Of a stretch of 24,000 bases of DNA, positions 8,197-17,688 are shown one piece after another (the first letter of the stretch is position 1; each line of letters begins with the position of its first letter). A model generated the notes under the pieces. That model ran no database searches and was not told where the DNA came from. It saw nothing but the letters and a program-made list of their open reading frames with translations. Source of the DNA: an uncultured Gammaproteobacteria bacterium. Its GTDB lineage: Bacteria > Pseudomonadota > Gammaproteobacteria > Thiohalobacterales > Thiohalobacteraceae. The translations under genes and the position numbers were made by a program. The stretch is from positions 341,632 through 365,631 of the forward strand of contig CAVTTB010000008.1 of assembly GCA_963737555.1 (NCBI GenBank). The letters run 5' to 3'.

Positions 8197-9814
8197 ATGG
8201 AAACTGAAACCACGAGCATCGCAGCGCCGTTCGCCTGGCTGCCCAAGTTCCGGGAAACGCTGCAGAGCGAACACGTGCTGCTGCACCCCGACGCGGAGCA
8301 GACGCTCCATCCGGCGCGCACCATGGCCGCCGATCACGAAGACTGGGGGCGCATCGCGCAACAGGCGGCGAAATTCAAATTACGCTGGTGTGCCGGCTGG
8401 GCACAGGATGTGGGTGAGCAGATCCAGATCAACACCTGCTTCGTCTATCAGGGCGATTATCTGGTGCTGCGCACGGCTGTCGACAAGTCTACGTCGATTA
8501 TGCCCTCACAGACACCGGCCTACATCGCGGCGGACCGGCCCGAGCGGCATATGCAGGATATGTTCGGCATCGTCTTTACCGATCACCCGGACAGCCGCCG
8601 TTGGACGCGACACATGGCCTGGGGCGACGGCGATTTTCCGCTGCGCAAGAGTTTCCCGGTTGCAGGTCATCCGCCGGCGATCACCCCGCCCAACAATGAA
8701 TATAAATTCCTGACAGCACAGGGTCCGGGCGTATACGAGATTCCGGTCGGGCCGGTGCATGCCGGCATCATCGAACCCGGACACTTCCGCTTTCAGGCCG
8801 TCGGCGAGACGGTGCTGAATCTGGAAGAACATCTCGGCTATGTGCACAAGGGCATCGAGAAGATCGCCGAAGGGCGCGATCCCGCGGGGCTTGCGCGTCT
8901 GGCCGGTCGTGTCTCCGGTGATACCACGGTCGCGCACACCTGGGCCGCCTGCATGGCGATGGAGCGCGCCGCCGGCATCGAAGTGCCGCCGCGTGCGTTG
9001 CTGCTGCGCGCGGTGATGGCCGAGAGTGAACGCATCGTCAATCACCTGTGGGATCTCGCCATGGTGTGCAACGATGTGGCGTTCGCCTTTCCGTTTTATC
9101 AATTCAGTCGCCTGCGCGAGCAATGGCTGCGCGTGTTGGCGGCCGGCTTTGGTCACCGTCTGATGATGGACCGCATCGTGCCTGGTGGTGTCGCGACCGA
9201 TATCACGGCGGCGGCGGCCGAGCAACTGAATACGCTGTGTGTCGAGGTCCGCAAGGAGCTCGACGGCATGATGCACGTCTTCGACGACAACGCCTCGTTC
9301 CAGGATCGCGTGGTCACCACCGGCATCCTCAGTCCGGAATTGGCGCAGCTCTACGGCACTGTCGGTTATGTCGGCAAGGCCAGCGGCCTGTGTTTCGACG
9401 TGCGTCAGGATGCGCCTTATTCACCCTATGATCGCTTCAAAGTTGTAGCCCCGTGTTACAGCGCACGGCGATGTCGATGCTCGTGTCAGGGTGCGCATCG
9501 ATGAGATCAATGCCTCATCAGAGCTGTTGCAGCGCTTGTTGAACGAGCGGGGCCTGACCGCGGATACGCTTGCCGCGCCTTGGTCCGCGCCGGCAGACGG
9601 AGCGGAAGGTGTCGGCATGGTCGACGGTTGGCGCGGCGAGATTTTCGCCTATGTGAGTTTCGCGGCCGACAATCGCATTGCGCGTTTTTTCCCGCGCGAT
9701 CCGAGCTGGACCACCTGGCCGGCGTTGGAAAAACTCATTCGCGGCAATATCGTGCCGGACTTTCCGGTGTGCAATAAATCCGTCAACGGTTCGTATTCCG
9801 GTCATGATCTTTAA
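8197..9814 (+). CDS. HyfG/HycE/NuoCD-like large subunit lacking NiFe-ligand cysteines, apparent +1 frameshift near 9450
   Basis: N-terminal NuoC-like domain (AADRPERHMQDMFGIVFTDHPDSRRWTRH), then PVGPVHAGIIEPGHFRFQAVGETVLNLEEHLGYVHKGIE. Residues RVSGDTTVAH replace the hydrogenase RVCGICGxAH-type motif. After the frameshift: RVTAHGDVDARVRVRIDEINASSELLQRL...MVDGWRGEIFAYVSFAADNRIARFFPRDPSWTTWPALEKLIRGNIVPDFPVCNKSVNGSYSGHDL*. An alternative upstream start is at 8185. Confidence 0.88.
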
Positions 9815-9893
9815 TACACTTTTATCCAGCCGAGGACGTGCAGTCGGCGGCTTGAATGCCGCGGACTCGCAGCTGCATGCACAAGGTCATCCC

Positions 9894-10403
9894 ATGCTGA
9901 GAATCCTCAATAAGATCCTCAAGACTGGCAACCTCACCGAGGCCCTGCCCGAAGACGAGCGCAAGGTACTCGAAGAGATCGGTGCGCAGGTCAAGGCCGG
10001 CATCGGCAAACGCTTTGCCGGCAGTCTGGCGATCCGCGCCGTGGATGCCGGTTCCTGCAACGGCTGCGAACTGGAAATTCACGCGCTCAACAATGCCATC
10101 TACAATCTGGAACGCTTCGGTATTCACTTCGTTGCCTCGCCGCGGCATGCCGATATGCTGTTGGTGACCGGTCCCGTGTCGCGGCATATGCAGACCGCGT
10201 TGATCCGCACCTACGAGGCCACGCCCGAACCCAAGCTGGTGATCGCCGTCGGTGAGTGCGGTGCCAATGGCGGCGAATTCGGCGTGAGCTATGCCTCCTG
10301 CGGTGCCGTGAGCAATGTCATCCCCGTCGATGCTGTCATCCGTGGCTGCCCACCCACCCCGTTAGACCTGATGCGCGGCATCCTGCAGGCCATCGGCGAC
10401 TGA
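9894..10403 (+). CDS. HyfI/HycG/NuoB-like small subunit with conserved Fe-S ligands
   Basis: VDAGSCNGCELEIHALNN...LLVTGPVSRHM...VIAVGECGANGG...VIRGCPPTPLDLMRGI retains the CxxC...C...C pattern of the proximal/N2 4Fe-4S cluster. Start MLRILNKILKTGNL at 9894 preceded by AAGG; an in-frame ATG also exists at 9804, overlapping the large subunit. Confidence 0.9.
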   Translation: MLRILNKILKTGNLTEALPEDERKVLEEIGAQVKAGIGKRFAGSLAIRAVDAGSCNGCELEIHALNNAIYNLERFGIHFVASPRHADMLLVTGPVSRHMQTALIRTYEATPEPKLVIAVGECGANGGEFGVSYASCGAVSNVIPVDAVIRGCPPTPLDLMRGILQAIGD

Positions 10404-10415
10404 TTGCCACCTGCA

Positions 10416-10432
10416 CCCAACGCCGCGTTGGG
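10416..10432. terminator. Short hairpin immediately after the Hyf-like operon, possible terminator or processing site
   Basis: CCCAACG ccg CGTTGGG 13 bp after the stop codon; no U-tract, so only a weak terminator call. Confidence 0.35.
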
Positions 10433-10625
10433 CGGACACGGCGGGCGCAGTGCAATTGCTGATTGAGTTACCGCCGGCCGGTTAGGATTGATTGGCGGTG
10501 CAAGATCGTTTGGCGCGCACCACGCAGCGGGCTGATATCGATTTGGTGTAGTACTTGCCTGGATTGAGGGGGTGCTTCCCGCTAAGCGTGAACATGCCAT
10601 ATTGAGATTTTAGGAAGTTGAGATA

Positions 10626-10988
10626 TCAATCTCCAGTCTGGTGCAGGCATTTTTCGATCACGTGCTGCAAATCATCCAACACGGAACCCATGATGAGGCC
10701 GGCGCAGTGATGGTATAAAGAAAGCTCGCACGTGATCGGCTCATATAAATTATCACGTCCGTGAATTTGGAAATCTCGCCAAGCAAGTACTAACTGATCA
10801 TCTGCACAGCTATCGATGCAGAACCAAGCCTCATCGTACAAAATAATATCCAGGCCGCGATGTTGTTCCATGCTTAGACGCAATGGATTCTCCAGCCGCA
10901 ATAAGGCCAGGCGCACTCGGTTATAACATGCTGCTTCGATGTGCTTTGGCACACTTCGTAATGGCAATGTATCCAAGGTAGGCTTCAT
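10626..10988 (-). CDS. Small uncharacterised protein at the 3' end of the RuBisCO operon
   Basis: 120 aa from ATG 10988: MKPTLDTLPLRSVPKHIEAACYNRVRLALLRLENPLRLSMEQHRGLDIILYDEAWFCIDSCADDQLVLAWRDFQIHGRDNLYEPITCELSLYHHCAGLIMGSVLDDLQHVIEKCLHQTGD. Same strand as cbbX and about 95 bp after its stop. The maximal ORF starts at 11078. Confidence 0.65.
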   Translation of the reverse strand: MKPTLDTLPLRSVPKHIEAACYNRVRLALLRLENPLRLSMEQHRGLDIILYDEAWFCIDSCADDQLVLAWRDFQIHGRDNLYEPITCELSLYHHCAGLIMGSVLDDLQHVIEKCLHQTGD

Positions 10989-11082
10989 GTATTTACCGCA
11001 TCTGGACCATGATTGAAATATTGATTTCCTCAGTCGCGTTGGTAAGCGTGGTGCGAGTGTTGATCTTTGGTATGCCATGCCC

Positions 11083-12018
11083 TCAACTATCTTCGCTATC
11101 GAGTTTGCCTTCTATAAAAACCCGGCTGGCCAGAATATCTTCGGCTTCGATGGTCATCAGGTCGACTTTGCTAAGTGATTTTTGTGCGTTGGCAAAGAGT
11201 CGATTGGCCTGACGCAGACGCGCGCGATCCAGAGCATTGCGCACCGAGCGCGCGTTGGCGAAATGTGCCAGCTTCATGCGTAGCGTGATGTACTCGAAGA
11301 AGGCCTTTTCAGCATCGGGGCTGAAGCGATAGTTTTGCGCCGCCAACATCAGCCTGGCGATGTGCAGCAATTCTTCTGCGCTGTAATCTGGGAAATCGAT
11401 GTGGTGCGCGATGCGCGAGCGCATACCGGGATTGCTGTGGAAGAATTTGTCCATGCGATCTTTGTAACCGGCCAGAATCACCACCAGATCGTCGCGGTTG
11501 TTTTCCATGACCTGGAGTAGAATCTCGATCGACTCGGCACCGTAGTCGCGCTCGTTTTCGGGCTTATAGAGATAATAGGCTTCGTCGATGAACAGCACGC
11601 CACCCATGGCTTTCTTGATCACTTCCTTGGTTTTCGGCGCGGTGTGGCCGATGTATTGGCCCACCAGATCGTCACGCGTGACGGAGACCAGATGGCCTTC
11701 GCGCACATAGCCCAGACGATGCAGGATCTCGGCCATACGCATGGCTACAGTGGTCTTGCCGGTACCGGGGTTGCCGGTAAAATTCATATGCAGTGTCGGT
11801 GTCTCGGAGGTCAGCGCAAATTGCTTGCGCAGACGATCCACCAATAGCAGAGCCGCAATTTCCCGAATACGGGTTTTGACGGGCACTAAGCCAATCAATT
11901 CGCGGTCGAGTTTGTCGAGAACTTCTTTTACATTCGAGGCTTCAAATTCGGTTTCAAGATTGACAGGGGTATCATCCGCCAAGATGGCATCACCCTGTGG
12001 GTTTTCTGAATTATTCAT
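11083..12018 (-). CDS. cbbX: CbbX, red-type RuBisCO activase (AAA+)
   Basis: [137 protein letters not shown] is diagnostic of CbbX. Start at MNNSENPQ (12018) rather than at the maximal ORF start 12093. Confidence 0.95.
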   Translation of the reverse strand: MNNSENPQGDAILADDTPVNLETEFEASNVKEVLDKLDRELIGLVPVKTRIREIAALLLVDRLRKQFALTSETPTLHMNFTGNPGTGKTTVAMRMAEILHRLGYVREGHLVSVTRDDLVGQYIGHTAPKTKEVIKKAMGGVLFIDEAYYLYKPENERDYGAESIEILLQVMENNRDDLVVILAGYKDRMDKFFHSNPGMRSRIAHHIDFPDYSAEELLHIARLMLAAQNYRFSPDAEKAFFEYITLRMKLAHFANARSVRNALDRARLRQANRLFANAQKSLSKVDLMTIEAEDILASRVFIEGKLDSEDS

Positions 12019-12058
12019 ATAATTTTCCAACAACGCCGATAGTCGCGGGTTAGTAAAG

Positions 12059-12084
12059 TGGCGGGTGAAAGAGTTCACCCGCCA
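12059..12084. repeat. Perfect 11-bp stem, 4-nt loop hairpin in the cbbS-cbbX intergenic region
   Basis: TGGCGGGTGAA (12059-12069) agag TTCACCCGCCA (12074-12084). Confidence 0.85.
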
Positions 12085-12102
12085 GCACGTCAACTTACTC
12101 GA

Positions 12103-12537
12103 TCAGTAACGCTCGCCTTCCGATTTGTCAGTAGCATAGGAGTGGATGCTGTAACGCATAGTGCGCCCCTCAGTTTCCTGACGCACCAGGCCAAAGCCCG
12201 GCTCCTTCTTGGGCCGATTGACAAGGTACGACATGCACACGCTCTCTACACCGCGCACAGCGCTGAATGCGCTGACACGGATGTAATGATTCGGGAATGT
12301 CTTACGACAATTGTTTACTTCCAGCAGGATTCCGGCTGGATCTTTAAGATCGAACATCGGATTGCCAAACATTTCCCAATAGGTGTTGCGTGGGTGCGGG
12401 TCGTCGGTGTATTCGACGCTCAGCGCCCAGCCCTTGCCCAGTGCATATTTGATTTGCGCAGTGATTTGCACATCGGTCAGATCAGGCAGAAAGGAAAACT
12501 GTCCTTGGGTAATGCGATTGCCGAGATTGGTCATCAT
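12103..12537 (-). CDS. cbbS: RuBisCO small subunit, red-type
   Basis: [109 protein letters not shown]; CbbS fold signature and C-terminal extension. Confidence 0.97.
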   Translation of the reverse strand: MMTNLGNRITQGQFSFLPDLTDVQITAQIKYALGKGWALSVEYTDDPHPRNTYWEMFGNPMFDLKDPAGILLEVNNCRKTFPNHYIRVSAFSAVRGVESVCMSYLVNRPKKEPGFGLVRQETEGRTMRYSIHSYATDKSEGERY

Positions 12538-12557
12538 AATCAGATTCTCCTTAATGA

Positions 12558-14087
<1,530 letters not shown>

Positions 14088-14183
14088 TTACCTCCGTGAT
14101 GGAAACGGGGTGGTTCGAGGTGGGTTGATTGACATTCTGGTTGCGAGAATAGATAAATAAAAGACTAAGTTTTCGATAATCTT

Positions 14184-14201
14184 CATAGATGATAGTCTAT
14201 G
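14184..14201. promoter_or_regulatory. Candidate LysR/CbbR-type operator in the divergent cbbL/cbbR intergenic region
   Basis: CATAGA tgatag TCTATG inverted repeat inside an AT-rich stretch between divergent cbbL and the LysR gene. Confidence 0.5.
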
Positions 14202-14223
14202 ATTTAGTCACAGAGGGTCTTGC

Positions 14224-15213
14224 ATGCGCCATTCTACATTCCGCCAATTAGAGGTCTTTGAGGCCCTTGCCCGCCTCGGCAGTTTCACGCGCGCGGCAGA
14301 GGAGCTGTTCCTCACTCAGCCTACCGCGAGCATGCAGATCAAGAAGCTCACCGATACGGTAGGTCTGCCGCTCTACGAACAAATCGGTAAACGAATTTTT
14401 CTTACCGATGCCGGCCGGGCGTTGCATGCCACCTGTCGTGAGATCTTCGGTGCCCTGGACAGTTTCGAAATGCAGGCCGCTGATATGAAGGGATTGAAAC
14501 AGGGTAAGCTGCGGCTGTCGGTCGTCAGTACGGCAAAGTATTTTGCGCCACGCCTGCTGGGTAGTTTCTGCTTGAAATATCCCGGTATTGAGGTGTCGCT
14601 CAAAGTGAGCAACCGCGAACGGATTCTGGAACGACTGAACGACAATCAGGACGATCTGTATATTCTGGGGCTACCGCCGGACGGTCTGGATGCGATCGCC
14701 GAACCGTTCATGGAAAATTTGCTGGTTGTGTTGGCGCCCATTCATCATCCGCTGGCCGGCGAACGCAACATTACGCTGGCACGCATCGCCAAGGAGCCGT
14801 TCCTCGTTCGTGAACCCGGTTCCGGTACACGGATAGCGGTGGAGCGCCTGTTCAAGGAACAAGGGTTGTCCATCAATGTGCGCATGGAGCTCGGCAGTAA
14901 CGAAGCGATCAAACAGTCCATCGTCGGCGGTTTAGGCATTTCTGTGTTGTCGCGACACACGCTGGCACTGGATGCCGCGATGGGACAACTTACGATTCTC
15001 GATGTGCAAAATTTTCCAATCAAACGCCAGTGGCATGTTGCCTATCCCACAGGCAAGCAACTGACCACCGTTGCCCAGACCTTTCTTGAGTATCTGCGCC
15101 ATGCAGCAGAGGTGGTGCAGGACATTCCCTGCCACCATGCCGAACAGGCCGGCGGCTGCCCGTTGATCACGATACCGGTTAAAACCGCTAAACGTAAGTC
15201 GCGCGGTAATTAG
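14224..15213 (+). CDS. cbbR: LysR-family regulator, CbbR-like (copy 1)
   Basis: MRHSTFRQLEVFEALARLGSFTRAAEELFLTQPTASMQIKKLTDTVGLPLYEQIGKRIFLTDAG HTH and CbbR-like effector domain (FLVREPGSGTRIAVERLF); divergent from cbbL. Confidence 0.88.
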   Translation: MRHSTFRQLEVFEALARLGSFTRAAEELFLTQPTASMQIKKLTDTVGLPLYEQIGKRIFLTDAGRALHATCREIFGALDSFEMQAADMKGLKQGKLRLSVVSTAKYFAPRLLGSFCLKYPGIEVSLKVSNRERILERLNDNQDDLYILGLPPDGLDAIAEPFMENLLVVLAPIHHPLAGERNITLARIAKEPFLVREPGSGTRIAVERLFKEQGLSINVRMELGSNEAIKQSIVGGLGISVLSRHTLALDAAMGQLTILDVQNFPIKRQWHVAYPTGKQLTTVAQTFLEYLRHAAEVVQDIPCHHAEQAGGCPLITIPVKTAKRKSRGN

Positions 15214-15465
15214 CACAGACGTATTCGAGAATTGGTCGGAACACAGTACGGTTTGCGGTCCGCCCGATCCGGCGCAGAAGAATTCCACGGACATGCGTTT
15301 TGGATGTGCGATGTCTGTCGTATTTTCGAAACGCGTCTTAACGATTGGATTGGCCAAGTGCGTATCAACCGCATCGCTTGAATGCAGCTACGGTCCCAGC
15401 GTCGCTTGCGCGTGGTTCTTTATAAGGTTAGCTTATTGCTCATTACCAGATGCGTGACAGGTTTT

Positions 15466-15531
15466 GTAGGAGCGGCCTATGGCTTCGAACCGTTGCTGGC
15501 AGTTATGTTCGCGGTCATAGGCCGCTCCTAC
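15466..15531. repeat. REP/BIME-like palindromic intergenic element, copy 1
   Basis: GTAGGAGCGGCCTATGGCTTCGAAC (15466-15490) pairs with GTTCGCGGTCATAGGCCGCTCCTAC (15507-15531); the outer 15 bp are perfectly complementary. Confidence 0.85.
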
Positions 15532-15591
15532 AGATGCCATATTTTTATGCAATCCTCAATATGCAAGCTAGCCTGACACATAAGCGGACTC

Positions 15592-16503
15592 ATGAATATT
15601 ACCCTCCGTCAATTGAACATCTTCGAAGCCGTCGCGCGGCACCTGAATTTCACCAAAGCGGCCGAGGAACTGCATCTGACCCAGCCGGCCGTGTCCATGC
15701 AGATAAAACAGTTGGAACAGGCTATCGAGCTGCCGTTGTTCGATCAGGTCGGCAAGCGGATTTCGCTGACCGAGGCCGGCGAGGAATTGCAACGCTACAG
15801 CCGACAGATATCCACGCTGTTACTGGAAGCCGAGCAGGTCATTGCGGAATTGAAAGGCATCCAGCGCGGTCGCTTGAACATCACCGTGGCGAGCACCGCG
15901 AATTATTTCGTGCCGCGTTTGTGGGCGACTTTTCGAATGCAGCATCCCGGGGTCATGGTCAGTCTCAACGTGACCAACCGTGAAGGACTGATTCGCGCGT
16001 TGGCCGAGAATGAGGCCGATCTGGTGATCATGGGACAGCCACCGGAAGATATGGACTTGGTGGCCGAATCCTTCATGCCCAATCCGTTGGTGGTGATCGC
16101 GCCGCCCAGTCACCCCTTGTGCGATGCGCGTCATATTCCCCTGCAGCGCATGAAGGCGGAAACCTTTCTGGTGCGCGAACAAGGTTCCGGCACGCGCTCG
16201 CTGATGGAGCGGGTGTTTGCGGAGAAGGGTTTGGAGCCCTCGACGCCGATCGAAATGAGCAGCACCGAGGCGATCAAACAGGGTGTAGAGGCGGGTTTGG
16301 GGTTGGCGCTGTTGTCCGTGCATACCTTAGAAATGGAATTGGCGTTGAAGCGTCTCGTGGTGCTGGATGTTGATGGTTTTCCGGTGCTGCGCGATTGGTA
16401 CATCGTACACCGCGCCGGCAAGCGCTTGTCCGCGGTCGCGCAGGCGTTCCGCGATTTCATGCTGCAAGAGACGCCCGCCATCGTGCATGTACCCGAGGTT
16501 TAA
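15592..16503 (+). CDS. cbbR: LysR-family regulator, CbbR-like (copy 2)
   Basis: MNITLRQLNIFEAVARHLNFTKAAEELHLTQPAVSMQIKQLEQAIELPLFDQVGKRISLTEAG...FLVREQGSGTRSLMERVF...SSTEAIKQGVEAGLGLALLS; same architecture as copy 1. Confidence 0.88.
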   Translation: MNITLRQLNIFEAVARHLNFTKAAEELHLTQPAVSMQIKQLEQAIELPLFDQVGKRISLTEAGEELQRYSRQISTLLLEAEQVIAELKGIQRGRLNITVASTANYFVPRLWATFRMQHPGVMVSLNVTNREGLIRALAENEADLVIMGQPPEDMDLVAESFMPNPLVVIAPPSHPLCDARHIPLQRMKAETFLVREQGSGTRSLMERVFAEKGLEPSTPIEMSSTEAIKQGVEAGLGLALLSVHTLEMELALKRLVVLDVDGFPVLRDWYIVHRAGKRLSAVAQAFRDFMLQETPAIVHVPEV

Positions 16504-16555
16504 GCGTGCGAGTCAGGCATAAGCCGAATGTTTTCACCCTGCGGATGATGTAACG

Positions 16556-17641
16556 ATGGATGCCATGGTGGTCGCAACCTTCATCTTGGGATTGGTGCTG
16601 CTGGTCGGCGGCGCCGAGGTTTTGGTGCGCGGCGCTTCGCGTCTTGCGGTGGCGATTGGTGTGTCGCCACTCATCATCGGACTAACTGTCGTCGCTTTCG
16701 GTACGAGTGCGCCAGAAATGGCCGTGAGCGTGCGCTCTGCGCTTAGCGGCCAGGCGGGTGCGGACATCGCTATTGGTAATGTGGTTGGCAGCAATATCTT
16801 TAATGTACTGTTCATTCTTGGATTATCTGCGGCGATTGCGCCGCTGGTGGTGTCGCAGCGCCTGGTGCGCATAGACGTGCCGCTGATGATTGGCGCATCG
16901 GTGCTCATGTTGTTGCTTTCCCTGGATGGCAAGCTGGGTCGTTTGGATGGCGGGTTGTTATTCGCGGGCATACTCGCCTACACGGTGTTTGCCATTCTGG
17001 ACGGACGCAGAGAATCGCAAGCTGTTGCGGCGGAATATGCTGAGGAATTTTCGAAAAGCCCGCGCACGCCGCTGGGCTATCTTATCAATCTGCTGTACAT
17101 CGTCGGCGGTCTGGCCTTGCTGGTGTTGGGTGCACATTGGCTGGTCGACGCTGCTGTGATCATTGCGCGTGCACTGGGCGTGAGTGAGTTGGTGATCGGA
17201 CTGACCATTGTTTCCGTCGGCACTTCACTGCCGGAAGTGGCGACGTCGGTGATGGCAAGCATCAAGGGCGAGCGTGACATTGCTGTTGGCAACGTCGTTG
17301 GCAGCAACATTTTCAATATCCTCGCGGTGCTCGGGCTGGCCGCGTTGGTCGCGCCCGCCGGCGTTAATGTTGCGCCATCCGTATTGAGTTTCGACATGCC
17401 GATCATGATCGCCGTGGCGATTGCCTGCCTGCCGATCTTTTTCACGGGCTACACCATTGCCCGCTGGGACGGTTTCGTGTTTCTGATGTACTACGTGTTG
17501 TACCTCGCCTTTCTGGTCGGATCGGCGGCGGGTTATACCGGGTTGGTGAGTTTCAGTGTGGGTATGCTCACCTTCGTCGTTCCGCTCACCTTGATCACGA
17601 TCAGCATTGCGCTCTGGCGTCAATGGCGAAACAAAATATAG
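16556..17641 (+). CDS. Calcium/sodium antiporter, CaCA family (YrbG-like)
   Basis: Two internal alpha repeats: GGAEVLVRGASRLAVAIGVSPLIIGLTVVAFGTSAPEMAVSVRSAL...DIAIGNVVGSNIFNVLFILG and GAHWLVDAAVIIARALGVSELVIGLTIVSVGTSLPEVATSVMASIKGERDIAVGNVVGSNIFNILAVLG. Confidence 0.93.
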   Translation: MDAMVVATFILGLVLLVGGAEVLVRGASRLAVAIGVSPLIIGLTVVAFGTSAPEMAVSVRSALSGQAGADIAIGNVVGSNIFNVLFILGLSAAIAPLVVSQRLVRIDVPLMIGASVLMLLLSLDGKLGRLDGGLLFAGILAYTVFAILDGRRESQAVAAEYAEEFSKSPRTPLGYLINLLYIVGGLALLVLGAHWLVDAAVIIARALGVSELVIGLTIVSVGTSLPEVATSVMASIKGERDIAVGNVVGSNIFNILAVLGLAALVAPAGVNVAPSVLSFDMPIMIAVAIACLPIFFTGYTIARWDGFVFLMYYVLYLAFLVGSAAGYTGLVSFSVGMLTFVVPLTLITISIALWRQWRNKI

Positions 17642-17688
17642 GGCGTAACCATCGCAGCGAATTGCGCCGGTTGTTATCGGTGTCTTTT

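Noticed and set aside
8197-10403. Calling the Hyf-like genes a formate hydrogenlyase or group 4 NiFe hydrogenase
   Set aside because: The large subunit lacks both cysteine motifs needed for NiFe binding, and no formate dehydrogenase, ferredoxin subunit or maturation genes are in the window.
14932-15357. 141-aa minus-strand ORF overlapping the end of cbbR copy 1
   Set aside because: Overlaps coding sequence of the LysR gene, no motifs, no plausible ribosome-binding site.
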